DNA of 64,000 nt from Ginglymostoma cirratum (lineage: Eukaryota). The position numbers and the translations under genes are program-made. Location of the stretch: contig JAHRHZ010000133.1 of NCBI GenBank assembly GCA_024137785.1, forward strand, positions 34,115,905 through 34,179,904. Reading direction: 5' to 3'. Of the stretch, positions 1 to 13,469 are shown in pieces (the stretch's first letter is position 1; every line of letters starts with the position of its first letter). The notes under the pieces are model-generated. The model saw only the letters and a program-made list of their open reading frames with translations. It was not told the origin of the DNA and ran no database searches.

Positions 1-1024
1 ATGATTGATGATTCTTAAGCTTTGCATTATTGTCTCACACATTTGAAAAAAAAGTTCGCATTTCCAACAGTGATGGATCATTGTTTAATGACAGATTGTG
101 ATTCTTTGCGACAAAATTAATTGGATAAGTTCAGCTATGAAATGGTTATTGTTTGTGGAGGAGATTTGTAACTGAAAGGAAATGAAATGTGAAAATGCAG
201 GTGTTCTCTTGCATTAACAAATACACTTCACATTCCAATTATCTTTAACCTGTATTCCTGGCTGAGTACCCATGTTACCCTGCTGATAAACAGAAGACTG
301 TCTGAAACTGTGTCTGAGTTTGCTTTCAAATATGCAACCACCCATGTTTGTCTTTTAATGACATTTGGGTGTGGAATATCGACTTACTCTGAAAAGAGAA
401 ATAATGTTTGTGCTGCGTCATGACTTGATGCACCAGTAAAAGTGAAGAAAATTCAATTTGGGTTTTTCCAATTGTAGTGAAGATTTTGTTATCATGAAAA
501 GTAAAGAAATGCATTTGGTGTAACATGCACAAATACAAATGCTGCTTCAAGTTCACACAGTGAGGATTAAAAAGAAGTACAACTCTTTTGGTTAACTGTT
601 TAATAAAATAGTGAATGCCTGCAATATGAAAGTCAATTCTTCAAACTTAAGTTTGCTGTGAGAAAAGAATCGTAACTATATATATGGGGCAACTTTTTTT
701 CTTATGATGCTCAGGTATAGAGGAAAATCAGAATGGAGGATTACACAACTACAAAAAAAAACTCTTGATTTTTCTTTTTGCGTGTTACATGCAGCCGATA
801 TTTTGCTTCCAAGCATGAGTGGTGGACATTTTGTCCGATTATCATTTAGAATGGTTTTAAACAGTGTTTCTCACATCATGGGCTTAATTAACACTTGTAT
901 CTCTTCATTTACCTGCCATTTTATCACTTGGGCCATGTTCTAGGTGATAATATCTCACATTCTGTGCGGTGAAGTCTGCAGAGAGTTCCAGGATGAGGAT
1001 TTCAACTAACGACAACGAATATGT

Positions 1025-1312
1025 GTTTAAATCAGGACCATGTATGACCTTGAAGGGCAACTTTGATATGATGCTTTATCCATTTATCCACCTCTTTGAC
1101 TTTCTGAATGGTGGAGGCAATGAGTTTGGGAGATGCTACGGAAGGAACTTTGGTAGGTTTCTTAAAGGCAACTTACAAATAATAGACACAGCCAGAATTT
1201 ATCAAATATGACTAGAGGTACCACTCAAATGTGCTCCTTAATCCTGGATGATATCAAGCTCCTTGAGTATTGGTGAAGTTGCACCAATCCAAGCAAGTGG
1301 AGCGTATTCCAT
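1025..1312 (-). mobile_element. Decayed fragment of a LINE 3' region (same family as 19915-20270 and 51270-51748)
   Basis: 'aaatcaggaccatgtatgaccttgaagggcaacttt...' and 'atcctggatgatatcaagctccttgag' align by eye with the 51470-51730 copy ('aagtcaagatggcaagtagcttggaggaggatcttg', 'gtcctggatggtgtcaagcttcttgac'). Confidence 0.6.
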
Positions 1313-3559
1313 AGGACAGGTCATTTGTGACAAACTTCATTGAATATTATGGTGTGGTAATAAAGAAAGATGTTGGGGAATATTTGTCAATAATCATGAT
1401 TTTTATGAGATGCTGGCAGTTTTGTGGCGACTAATTTATCTCCTGATTCCCCAAAACTTAACGCCTGATTTGATTGAAGTTTCCAAGCTAATTGCGTGAC
1501 TTGATTGCATGGAGAGATAGAAATTATTTCTGCTGTTTGTGAAATCTAGGAATGGAATTGCTCTTTAAGACACTTGGAAAATATGGCCTCATATCCTTAT
1601 CCCTTCATTATCCTCCTGCTCCTCCATCTTCTAGCAGCTTGTCCTACTCTCCTAGGTCTCTCATCATTTAGCTAGTCATGTTTAACTCCCAAAATAATCA
1701 GAATATCTTTTTTTGGATTAATTTGTTTCAGCACAAACTATAAAATGAACTGAAGAGTACTTCACCATAGGTCAGATTACTGACCTGACAAGTATTCAAA
1801 TGTTAGCCATTCAGAGGAATGCCCCAAAACATTATTTCCAATTAGTTCACAATTTCTTTATATAGCAGAGAAGGTGGGGTGTTGGTGTCTTCAACCTCTT
1901 TAAAAGGATTCAACTTGCCTGAGAAGTGTTGAGTTTAAAAATGGCAGCACTGGCATCTGAATTTTATCCTGATTGACACAGTAACTCTCTTTCTGCTGTA
2001 GTCATTGCCAGTTTATTTTTAAAATAGGATCCTGTGCTCTTACCTTCAGCAGTGATTGAATGCATTCTGGAATATTAGGATTTGGCTTCAGACTGGATCA
2101 TTTCTTTGGTTGCAAAGCATAACAGTTGATGTTTCAAGAATTTCCTTGACTTCTGTCAATATCTCCCCACATTTCAGCGACGCACCCAGCAGGAGACCTA
2201 TTTCTATTTATTCCGTCATTCTTTCACATATGATCAGTCTTCATGTTTAAGAGAAAATACGCAAGTTTACCTCAATGAGCTTTTGATAGCTATTTTTAAA
2301 TCATGTTTTTAATTACTTGAATAAAAGTTACTGAGTAGAGTACTCTGGGGATATAGTTGGCATAAAAAAATGAAGCTTTTTCTTTTTCTTTTAATGCTAA
2401 TTGTAATAACATTCACTGAAAATATGTATTTTCTTTTTTTTCCTCTCTCTTAGCCCAACAGTAATTCTTTTTCTCTGACACCTGTCTCAATAATGGCAGT
2501 TGCACTCTCTCTCCCCACAGCCCTTACTTTAAGCACAATTGCTACATTTTACAGAACACAAAAAGTCAGATTATTCAGTCACAAGGTGACTGATGGTTCT
2601 GCATAAATTAGCAGCTCTTCTGTTACACAGCGCGATACCTTCAATATCCAACAGGCCTGTTGCAGCACCATCTGAAGGATTAGCAGGTATTGCAAGGAAT
2701 ACAAATGATTTTCAATGAAATGCATCGCCCCATGTATTGAAAGTAATAGAACGGTCATTCAATTACGTTCTTAAAAAAATCAACTCTACATTGGGAAATC
2801 TATAGTATTGAGGAGGCCAATGAACGAAACAAAGAAAGTACATCAGTTGTGTGGGTTTGTCAATGAAAAAAAGAGCTGTGTTATGGTTGGAATAAAAGAA
2901 ACTTGAATGAGAAAAACTCCTATGGCATAAGTACTGCCCTTGGAGAATGTTGGAAGACTTTATCAATTTAAACAAGTGTTTTTGAATGAGTAGAGAGTTA
3001 AGGAACAACAGGAATTATTGGTGGCTACATAAATGAGTCATAGCAATGTGTTGTGTTGAGGACTAAGGACCATTATATAAGGCAATGTTTAATTTTATTT
3101 TCATGTGCTACCAATGCTGTCACAGCTTGCTGACAGCTCATGAAGACATAATTAAATCCTACTTAAGCGTCTTCAACGACCTGAATTTGATTTTCTTTTT
3201 TCACTTCTTTTCTTCATCTCTTGCTTATTGACACTCCATTCTTTTAAGACCCACACTCAACCAGCAACAGTGATCGATTTATTGAACGCTTTCCGATTAG
3301 TAAACAGATTAAATCAGGTTACTTTGTTTATGTAAGGGTTGTGTGCTTTATCCTTAGCCTCTCTAAATGCATACCAACTAAAAATGTGTATGGTTGTTGT
3401 TATTGAAGCACCTTATTGATCATGAGAATGATTACAGGGCATATTTCTCTGTGAAGAACCTCAAGTTCAGTTTATATAGATATTTATGGGCAACTGGTGG
3501 TAAACAGCGGTTGCATTTCCATTAATAGATGGAACAGCTGGCCATCCTTTAGTGCCTTT

Positions 3560-3830
3560 AACTCTCTTCTGACAGTGATGCATTGCAATTCAAGGAAATC
3601 AGTAGTTGGAGAATAATTGACAGGTTACAGCAGATGAGCATCAATGCCCGAATGTCTTCACGGCTGTTATACAAGACAGTAGCAAAGAAATTAGTTGTGT
3701 GCAGAGGTATTTTCAGACACAGGATGTTAGCAGAAAGGTTTAAAAGACCAGACAACTCTGTGAGTGATGACAGCTCTAGAATGATGGCAGAAGATCTAAA
3801 AATGACACTATTCTGAGGGAAAGCGCTCAC
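3560..3830 (+). mobile_element. Possible very old RTE-like LINE C-terminal remnant
   Basis: ORF 3583-3816 'ISSWRIID...RLLYKTVAKKLVVCRGIFR' loosely resembles the RTE post-RT 'ISW.D..N..VL...LL..I..RKL...GH..R' segment; weak. Confidence 0.25.
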
Positions 3831-5247
3831 AAACAGCAGTAGGTGTTTCCTATATTGTTAAAGTAGCTCAGAAAGGAAGGAAAACATGAGATTACAAGAA
3901 ACAGAGATATTCCAGAAGAATTTAAAAGGTTTGATCACATTTGCACTGTATATTCTGAAGATTTTTGGCTTCCATGTAGAATAGAGTAACACATTCAGTG
4001 TTTTTATTGTACTAATTCCATAATTTAAATGAATCCCTATTGGCAGCACAATTACTACAATGAAATCTAAATTTCATTCCTTAAAGACAAAAGGGTGGAG
4101 ACCAAGGCTAATGAACGAATGTGCATATTGTGACAAATGAGCTGTATTTGCCTTAAGCTACAGATGTCTCAGGGTACATCACTGTGAATGTTGCTTCTGA
4201 ATTTGGATTTTTGAAAAGCAATGATAGGCAAAGCTAAAACTAATTCACATCTCCATTTAGAAAATATTTGATTGCCCTGCTAACGCCTGCAAACATAACA
4301 AGACAGAATGATCTGGCATTGTGTTTATAATAGCAAAATTTCAAACTCAAGTGCATTGGAGAGTTATTAACATCATTTTTGGAAAGTAATTTTTATTGTT
4401 TTGTTTCCTTCATTGTGATATTGTGCATAATTTTTTGTTAACTAGCTGGATTAGAATAAAAACTGAATTGAGACAAAAGTTCAATGTGGAAAATGGGAAT
4501 TAGCCTGGGCGAGGTCAATTATTCTGAGAATCAAGTTATAGAGTTTTGTTTGGAGCATAAACTGAACTGTAGAATGTTGGATGTGCAAAAGAGCCTCTGA
4601 AACTAAATGATCTGTGAATAATTACTCTTTAACGTTCCTTTGATCACTTTTCACAAACTGACTTCATAACCCCTAAACTGAAAATTCCATGAGCAAATTG
4701 GAGATTGCATCATCTGCATGCAATTTTTCAATTTGAAAGGAAGATGAGAACATAGGACATCAGAGCAGGAGTAGGCCTTTTCCCCCACAAGACTGCTCAG
4801 CCTATCGACTAGATCATGGCTGACATTTTAATTCAACACTTTTTTTCTTGCACTATCTCTGAATCCCTTAGTATCGTTAATATCTAGAAATGTATAAATC
4901 TCTTGAATTGACTTTCCATAGCCCTCCAGTGTAAACAGTTCCAACGATTTTCTGCTCTCCAAGTGAAGGAATTCCTTCTCATCTCAGTCTTAAACCACTA
5001 ACCCCTTGTCCTGGTACTAACTCCCCCACCCCTTTTCCAAGCCAGAGGAAGCATCTTTTCTGCATCTATCCTGTCGAGCAGTTTAAGAATTTTGTATGTT
5101 TCAATGAGATCTCTGCTTATTCTTCTCAACTCTAGAGAATTCAGGCCCAGAGTGCAGAATCTTTCATCATAGAACAATCCCACCATCCCAAGAAGCAAAT
5201 CAGTGAACATTGGTTGCACTCCCTCTCTGGCAAGTACATACTTTCTT

Positions 5248-5368
5248 CGTCAGAAGTCATACAACAGTGGGTTATAATCCAACAATTTTGGTGCACTGCT
5301 CCTTCGGTGAAGTGTGTCATGTGACTTCTGACTTTGTCCACCCCAGTCCAGCACTGGCACTTCCACTT
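5248..5368. mobile_element. Short Penelope-type terminal-repeat insertion inside the CR1, with 11-bp TSD
   Basis: Flanked by catactttctt (5237-5247) and catacttcctt (5369-5379). Internal inverted repeat gtcagaagtcatacaaca / tgtcatgtgacttctgac. The CR1 sequence is contiguous once the insert is removed. Confidence 0.65.
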
Positions 5369-7209
5369 CATACTTCCTTAGGTTAGGAGGCCAAAACTGT
5401 ACATCCTACTCCAGGAGCTGTCTCACCCATGCTCTACATCTTTACTCAAACCTTCTTGCAGCAAACTAACATACAAATTACCTTCCTAATAGCTTGCTGA
5501 ACCTGCATGTAGCTTTTAGACAACAGGGGTACTTTGCGCCTCTTTGCACGATGACACTTCCAAATCTCTCATTTTTTTAGGAAATGTCCGATATTTCTGT
5601 TTTTCCTATCAAAGTTTTTAATGTTATGTTTCACCTGTCATGTTCTTGTCTGTCCAAATCCCATTGAAGCCTGTCTGCATCCTCTTTACAACTCACATTT
5701 CAACCCACTTTTATATCTTTGGCAAAATTGAAAATATTACATTTGGTCCCGACATCCAAACTATTGATTGATAGGACACAAGCACTGATCCTTGTGGTAC
5801 CCCATGAGTGACAACCTGCCAACCTGAGTATGACCTATTGATCCCCAATTTATTAGATACATCTTCAAAAACTCAAAAAGGTTTGTTAAGCATGATTTCC
5901 CCTTCATAAATCCATGTTGACTCTTTCTAATCCTGCTATTATTTTCCAAATGTACAGTTATCCTTCATAATAGATTCCAATATTTTTGACTGATGTCACT
6001 CTAACAAGTCTGTAATTCTCAGTTTTTTTCTCTTTCTCCTTTCTTAAGTCATGAAATTAGATTTGCTACCTTCCAATCTGTATGAATGATCCCAGAATGA
6101 AGAGGATTTTAAACAATGACCACAATTGCACTCATTAACCTTTTCCAAAACTCTCTGATGTAATTCATCAGACTAGGGACTTACTAACTTTACAATTTTT
6201 TGCTAATACTGATTTATCTCAGTTCGTCATTGTCACTAGTCTTTTGGTTCTCTGGTATTTTTGGAAGGCCTTTGCTTCTTCCTCCATGAATAAATCATAA
6301 CTATTTAGTTTTATCTTCCACTTCCTTATTCTCCATCAAAAATTCACTTGTTTCTTCCTCTAATCAGTCCACATTTGTCTTTACTAATCTTTTCCTTTTT
6401 AAAATCAGTAGAAAGCTTTACAGCCCATTTTAATGTTTTTCACGAGTTTATTTTCCTGTTCTATTTTCCTTTTAGCTATCAGTTACTTGGCCCTCCCTTG
6501 TTAAATTCCACAATGTTCTCAATTCTCAGGTTCATAAATTTTTTTAACAACCTCAACCTTGTTCCTTTGACCTAGCAGAATCTTTAACTTCTCTTGTTAC
6601 ACACAGTTATATCACTTTTCCTTTGTGGTTTTGAGCCTCAAATGAGTGTAAACAATTTGTGAACTTTATTTTAATGCAAATCACTGTCTATGTTCCTTTT
6701 TAATATCATTTGCCACTTTACCACAGTCTGCTTGCCTCTCACACTGTTGAAGCTTCCTCTCTTTACATGTAAGTCCCTTCTTTCAGATTTAACTACATCA
6801 TTTTAAAACTTAACGTAAAATTCATCATTTTATGGTTACTCTTCCCTAAAGGTCTTTTCTTTAAAAAAAAACAATAATTAATTAACCCTTTCTCATTGCA
6901 CAATATGAGATTTAAAACAGCCTCAATATAACATTCCAGAAAGCCATCTCTTATTCATTCTAGAAATTTGTCCTTCACAACATTAGTGCTAATTATGTTT
7001 ATGCAGTCTAAGTGCAAACTGACAATGAAATGATTAGAATTACAATATTGTCACCAAAATTACAGTACTACCCTAACAATATATACCTCTAATTTAATGC
7101 TTTATATAATGTTCTACATTACCACAATCTTTTGGTGTTTCCTAAACAGCTCACACTAATGTATGTTGCCCTATGCTGTTTCTTAGCTTGACCCATACTG
7201 TTTCTGAGT

Positions 7210-7340
7210 AAAATAAGATCAGCACGGCAGATGCTGGAAATCTGAAATGAAAACAGATATTGCTACAAAAACTCAATAGGTCTGGTAGATTCTGTGGAGA
7301 GAAAACCCAAATTAATGTTTCGGGTCCAGTAACCCTCCTT
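7210..7340 (-). mobile_element. Penelope pseudo-LTR-derived fragment (decayed hammerhead stem) inserted in CR1
   Basis: 'gcagatgctggaaatctgaaatgaaaacaga...tgtttcgggtccagtaaccctcc' is homologous to the 23747-23988 arms; minus strand reads gagggttactggaccc-gaaac. Confidence 0.6.
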
Positions 7341-7929
7341 TTGATGGGTCATAATCTTTTTGGTCTATCATCCTTCAGTACTATTGCACTGGCCCTAATC
7401 TTTTCTACCAGTAGCACCCCATCTCCTTTTCCTTTTTTATTTATCCTTCCTAAATATTGACCATTATTGTCTATTCAATCCCTAGCCTCAGTTACTCTGT
7501 AGCTATGTCTCTGTAATGACATTTACTTACTTTTTAAATTATCATGTATGACTTCTGTCATTGATGTAGGTACTGTGGTGAGGTGACTTATAAACTTTTT
7601 CACTATATTTTTCATTTTAAGTACATGGGACAATACATTTCAATTCTATTCCAATTTCTATTTTACGATCAGATCGTATTTATTTATTTCTATTTGTTTT
7701 GTCAATTCACCTTCCTTCTTGTGGCTGCTCCATGAATTTAGAAACGGTGTCTTCAATTTTGCCTTTTTAACAATTTTCTCTTTTGGCCTTGTTTGATGTT
7801 GGCTTTTGTTTCAATTTTACTTACTATTTTTCTTCTTGTCAGTACCAACATTGATATTTTCCCATCACATTTCCTCTCAAATTTCCACAACCCTGTCAAG
7901 AAAGCATTAATCCTTCCCAAAAACACTAG

Positions 7930-8847
7930 CAAAGTAATAGGTGGGAAGGCAAGTTGCGAAAGGGATACATCTCGTTTACAGAGAGATATTGATAAGGTTG
8001 AGTGGGGATAAAGTGGGAAATAGAGTGCAATGTGAGAAAATGAGAAGTTGTTGATTTTGAAAGGGAGAACAAAAGAACAGAGTATTAATTAAAAGGGGAG
8101 AAGCAGCAGAAAGCTACAATGCAAAGGGACCTGAGGATATTTGTGCATAGAACACAGAAATGTAACACTCGTGTGTAGCAAGTAATCAGGAAGGCAAATA
8201 GAATGGCAGCCCTTATTTTAAGGGGATTGGAGTATGAGAGTTGGAAAGTCTCACTACAATTGTACAAGGGGTGAGACTATATCTGGACACATATGAGCAG
8301 TTTTCCTCCCCTCATTTAAGAAAAGATATTATTTCATATGAGGCAGATCAGAGAATGCTCACTAGGATGAAACCCAGTCATGAAGGATTATGAGCAAATG
8401 TTAAACAGATTGGCACTCTACTCATTGGAATTTGGAAACATAAGAGCTGATATCAAAGAAGCATATCAGATTCTTAAGGGGCTTGACAGGGTAAATGTTG
8501 AGAGGATGTTTCCCCTCATGGGTGAGTCCAGTACCAGCAGGCATAGAGTCAAGACAAAGGGTTATCAACTTAAGACTGAAATGAAGAGCAATTTCTTCTC
8601 TCAGCGGGTTCTGAGACCTTCAAACTCCTTGCCACAGACAGCTGTAGGAGCAGAGTGCATGTATATATTTAAGGCTGAGACAGACAGATTCTTGATCGGT
8701 AGGGATTATAATTTACTTGAAAGGGCATGAAAATGGATATGGGAAACATCGGATTAGCTATGATTTTATTGAATGGCAGAGCAGACTCGTGGGGCTGAAT
8801 GGTCTACTCCTGTTTCTATTTCTTACGATGCTATTGTCTTATGGTCA
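7930..8847 (+). mobile_element. CR1-clade LINE 3' fragment
   Basis: 'IGGKASCERDTSRLQRDID' (end of ORF 7793-8011), ORF 8380-8730 'LNRLALYSLE...AYQILKGLDRVNVERMFPLMGESST...NFFSQRV', and CR1 3' UTR ending in tcttatggtc-type repeats. Confidence 0.9.
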
Positions 8848-10199
8848 CATTTTTTTGCATCAGATTAGGTAGTTCTAAGGTGTAACTATTCTTCCTTGTA
8901 CAAGTCCCAACTACTTGATGCCATCTAGATGAGGCATGTTATAATGGATAGCTCAGTCAGTAGTTTTGTAACTGAACTGTGCATCATAATCAACCACTAA
9001 ATCCTTCCACAATCAATCTCCCTCCTGCCCCTACGCAATGTGATACTCCTGTCCCACCACCTTCTAAACCAACATGACCACCCTAACCAAATTATTCCAA
9101 ACCAACTGCCTGACTCTATTCCTCCTGCTCTGACTACTGCTTCAAACCAACTACATCGCCATGTGATCTGATGAAGGTACACCCTGCCTGTCTACCCACT
9201 AATCCACTAACTCCCCGACTATTCACTCATTCACTCGCCCATTCACTTACATTAAAGACAAAAATCCCCTTTAAAAACTTTGAATCCAGCAGGTAATGTT
9301 ATAAAAAAATCTTCTCTTTGCCCATCTTCTACATTCGTCAGTCTTGCCCCTGTAAGGTTGTGCTGACCCATCGCCTCTCCAATTGGATCAGAAATTCTGG
9401 CTGCAAAAGGTCTAAAAAGGAATAGTTCAGAAAACTTTGCAGACAGCAGCAATGAGATAGCACTGCCACTGTATTGAAGATCTTGCATCCTCTGCTCCTC
9501 TCCAGCCATGTTTTGCAGGCCTCCATGCTACTTCTTCTCTTCTGTTGTCAGGACTCACAGCCCTGCACTGTCCAATATCAATCAAATGAGTTGAATTTTC
9601 AACAGCATCCTGAATCAATGATAATCCCATAGATTTAGAACATGCAGACTTCAAAAAAAAATTCGCAAGAATAAATGTCAGATAAATAAATGAAGGAAAA
9701 TATCGCGAGGGCTCCCACTCCAGAAATGCTTGCTGAAGTGCTATATGTTATGAAAGGATTAGACTCAGCTGTCAGGCCACCAGGAGAACACAACCCATTG
9801 ACATTCAAGGTTTGTGCATGCACAAAAGCGACTTGAGTAAAAATATTGCAAGGCACCTGACTCCTGGTGAATTCTATCACCCTCCTTGGAGATTCGGGAG
9901 GTCCCAGCTCTGATGTGATGTAGCTGAAGTATTTGCGTTGTTGGTTCAGTTAAGATGAGTAACCTGTAGAAAAACTAAGCCCCTCCTTGACACCTCTGCA
10001 ACTAAGTTACAAGTAAGCTTAATGGGTGATATTCTCAACTCACCAATGATTGAATCCCTTAAATGGTAAATTAATGATCAGTTAAAGGCCTTGACATAAT
10101 ACCACCCTGATTATCTGCCTCTCCAGTGGCAAGAAAGGTGTCTAGATTAGGAAACCATGGCAACCTAACTGCCAAGTTATGGGGGAGGTCTTCCACTTT

Positions 10200-10543
10200 T
10201 TCACTTGTTCATGGGATCTGAATGTCATTGACTGGGCCTGCATTTTTTGCCAATCCTTAATCGACCCTGACCCACAGGCTTGCTAAGACCATTTCAGAGG
10301 GAAGTTAAGAGTCAACCACATTGTTGTGGCTCTGGAGATTTCCTTACCCATAAGAACATTAATGAACCAGATGGGTTCAACATAGTTACATGATTGCCAT
10401 TGGGTTAAATTTCAATTCAAGATTTTTATTGAATTCAAATGTCACCATCTGTCATCTTGGAATTTGAACCTATGTCCCCAGAACATTAGCATGGTGTCCT
10501 GGATTACTAACACTGTGAGATTATGACTTGGCCACTACTTCCC
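10200..10543 (-). mobile_element. tRNA-derived SINE (family also at 18180-18516 and 55795-56154)
   Basis: Shares 'aagagtcaaccacattg...aatgaaccagatgggt...ttgaattcaaat...atttgaacc' with the two other copies. B-box-like GGTTCAAATTCC on the minus strand. Tail shared with the LINE at 51270. Confidence 0.8.
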
Positions 10544-13469
10544 AATCTTGCAGCAATTTAAAGCAGGAATGAGGGAGCAATGATTTGGTATTGACTTCAA
10601 ACCCCACCTCCCTTCTCTCCACAATGCCCATCTCATGACAAGAAGATAAAAAGAACTTACTTAATAGCTGCTGGACCTTGTCTGGAGTAGGTCTCAATCA
10701 ACAAACTTTTAGTCCAGGCCAGCAGCTTCTGGTCACCCTGGTTGTTGATGTCAAGGTCTTTGGTAGGCATCTTTTCTCTTAATGAGCTAATTGGCTGATG
10801 GTCAGGTGAGTTCTCTCCTGCTGGGTCATCATGTTAGTCACCACCTTAAATACTTGCCCGAACACATTGACAAAAATTGGGAAAATCTTACTCAGACTGT
10901 CTTATTGCAAAATGGGTATATTTTAGGACATCAAAAAGATTTCTGATGCATTGTGCAATATTAAGCTGGCTGATTATTTTTCATTAGAGACATAACTGGT
11001 GTTATTAATTTTAAATACATCCTTGAATTTAAACCATATCTCTTTCCTTGGTTCATTGAAGCACCACTGAAGTTAGATAATTGACTTACAAAAACGCACG
11101 AAAAAGTGATCTTTTCAAGTTTGATTTTAAGAACAGTTGCGCCACTTTGATAGACAGCTGCATGTCAGTATTGGGATAAGGTGATATATGTTCAGTCACT
11201 GTGAAATGTAAATCATCCTGAGTTATTGGAGTCATATGCATTTCATATTAATGAAGGTAACTAATCAGGATGAATAGCTTAATGTTGGGCAACTAGCTAT
11301 AGATTGTAGGGGACAAGGAAAAGCTTTCTGCAATCCTTCCTTAGAAGATTGAATAGTGAGTAGAATCTATGATAACAGTAATGATATTGTATTCCAAACA
11401 CTTATTACAATGCAGAATTGTCATCATAATTGCCTGACACCAAGTAGCTCAGTTGGAAAAGATTGTGTTCACCTTGAGTTTTGACAAGACAAATTTCACC
11501 AAATAGGATCTCCTTTCCTCGACTATCAGAATTGTTTCTTTGCAGGACAAATCAATATCAGCAGCTATTACACAAGAGAAGAGGGAATTCTGTATCATTG
11601 ACTGCAAATGCTGGAGAACATTGCCGAACTTTTCTCCCCTGGGACTTTGGAATAAAATTTGACCCCTGTTGATTATTCATAGCATGATGAAGACATGAAA
11701 AGGTTAGTTCCAGTTTATATCATTGGTTGCATATTCTGGACAGAGAAATAAACGCAGCAGCCCTATACTCTGTCTTAATATCATCTTTTATAAAGCAGTC
11801 AGTTCATTTTTTAAAAATGTATTCACAGGATTTGCACATTACAATTTTGCAATGATTATGTATCTTTTTGCTAAATATCTTTTTTCTGTATTCCCAATTC
11901 CTGCATGTTTTATAATTGAAGCTATTGTTATCATCCAGCAGCAAAAGAATTAAAACAATAACACTGCAGTATATTTTGCAAACACTCCTTAATAATCCCG
12001 AAGTGTACCTAAAATATATGGTATGGTTTTCCTTAGTCAATGCTCAGGACACTAAATCAGCAAAAAGAGTTTTGGAAAATCAAGCACTTTTCAGCTCATG
12101 CGTATAAAGCAAGCCACCTAAATCTCCTTCCATAAATGAAGCAGGCTACCCTTACTCGTACACAACTCAAATACTAATAGCCACGGTCCAACAAAAGAAG
12201 ATTCCCCCTTATCAATCTGTGAAACAAAATTGTAAGAACATAGATAGTATAAATTCAACACACTTTCTTTGCTCACCTTTAATGAGCTGAACAAGAATGG
12301 TCATGACAGTATATGCAAAGATTCTGAACATTAAGTTTTAGTTGCATCAGCACAGGGCACTATTGATATAAATGTATTGAATTGTAAAAATAAATTAAAA
12401 CTAGCAGACTGTCAGAATAACTGGACTTCCTATTAACTCTCTTGAGATGTCATCGGTTTGGCCCTCTTTTATAAAGCTGTCAGGACATGTCAGTGCTATT
12501 GCCGGATCCACAATGTAATAGCATTAGATTTCTGAGGCTCTATAAACTTTAAGTAACTGTGCTTTGCTTCCTTAGTTTAACAGCAAGGTTTTAAATAATT
12601 TACTTAAATTATTTAAGGCAGTTTCAAAATGAAACATCAAGGATCTAGAAAACACCTGTGAAATCTTTCTGACCATTTTAATGAGATTGCTAAACAAAAT
12701 TATAATTTATTTCTATTTTAGTTGAAATGCTTCTGTAGTAAAGTCCACAATGCCCGATTTCTACAATAAACACATGGGATCATATGGACTGATGGCTTTA
12801 GAATCCTTCCAATAACAATGTCTATTGACTTCAAAAAAGAAGTAGGATCGGATGGCTTTTAATATTAACATTGCACCTGATGCCATTATTCTGACTGTTG
12901 AGTTAGGTTCTTGTTTTGACTAAGTATTGACACATCATAAGAATGCGATATAGTATCTGCAAGAGAGAAGTTCCTGGGGACAATTGCTTCTTTGGTTCTG
13001 TCATCACATGCCCAGTAATGTCAAGAACACACATCATGCGATCAACCAGTTATGATTTTCAATCCTTTCATTTTAAGAGACAGAAAAATACAAACTGTGG
13101 GCGCATAATTTTATGATATATGCTAGGAATATGTGCTAGAAATGCTAAAGTGGGAAGACTTGCCATTGTTGTGTAGCAGACACATACTGCTTACACAGCG
13201 GCTGCTAGAATCAAAGACTGCAATTATATTTCACTTCCGATCTGATGCTGCAAAGCCTGTCGAACACAATGACCAACATTACATAGTCGACGCAATGCGG
13301 AGGCCACAAGATATAAACAAAATATCTCTAGTCCCCTTCTAATTATTGTTAATGTCAGGAAAAAGTGCAGAAGCATCTGCTTTTAAGAATGTTAAAAATA
13401 ATCAATGTGAAGCTTTTATAAAATTTCCCGGAAGGTCAGTGGACCAATTGAACACTTTATAAAATGCAA

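Larger units (their letters stand above)
4747..7770 (-). mobile_element. Old, nearly ORF2-length CR1-clade LINE (APE endonuclease + RT remnants), heavily frameshifted, with nested insertions
   Basis: Minus-strand remnants in CR1 order: N-terminal 'L(N)..S..K.GELT.QIEINKYDLI' (~7660-7760), 'ITET' (~7505-7520), 'FRKD..KGKG.GV' (~7410-7460), 'SQHGFMKGKSCLTNLFEF' (ORF 5761-5949), 'LNSLELRRISRDLIETYKILKLLDRIDAEKMLPL' (ORF 4998-5219), and a CR1-type 3' tail at ~4747-4830. Confidence 0.85.

Noticed and set aside
2420-2690. Strong polypyrimidine tracts with AG (2453, 2520) and a downstream AG|GTAT
   Set aside because: No recognisable protein in the enclosed sequence; splice-like signals alone are common in AT-rich DNA.
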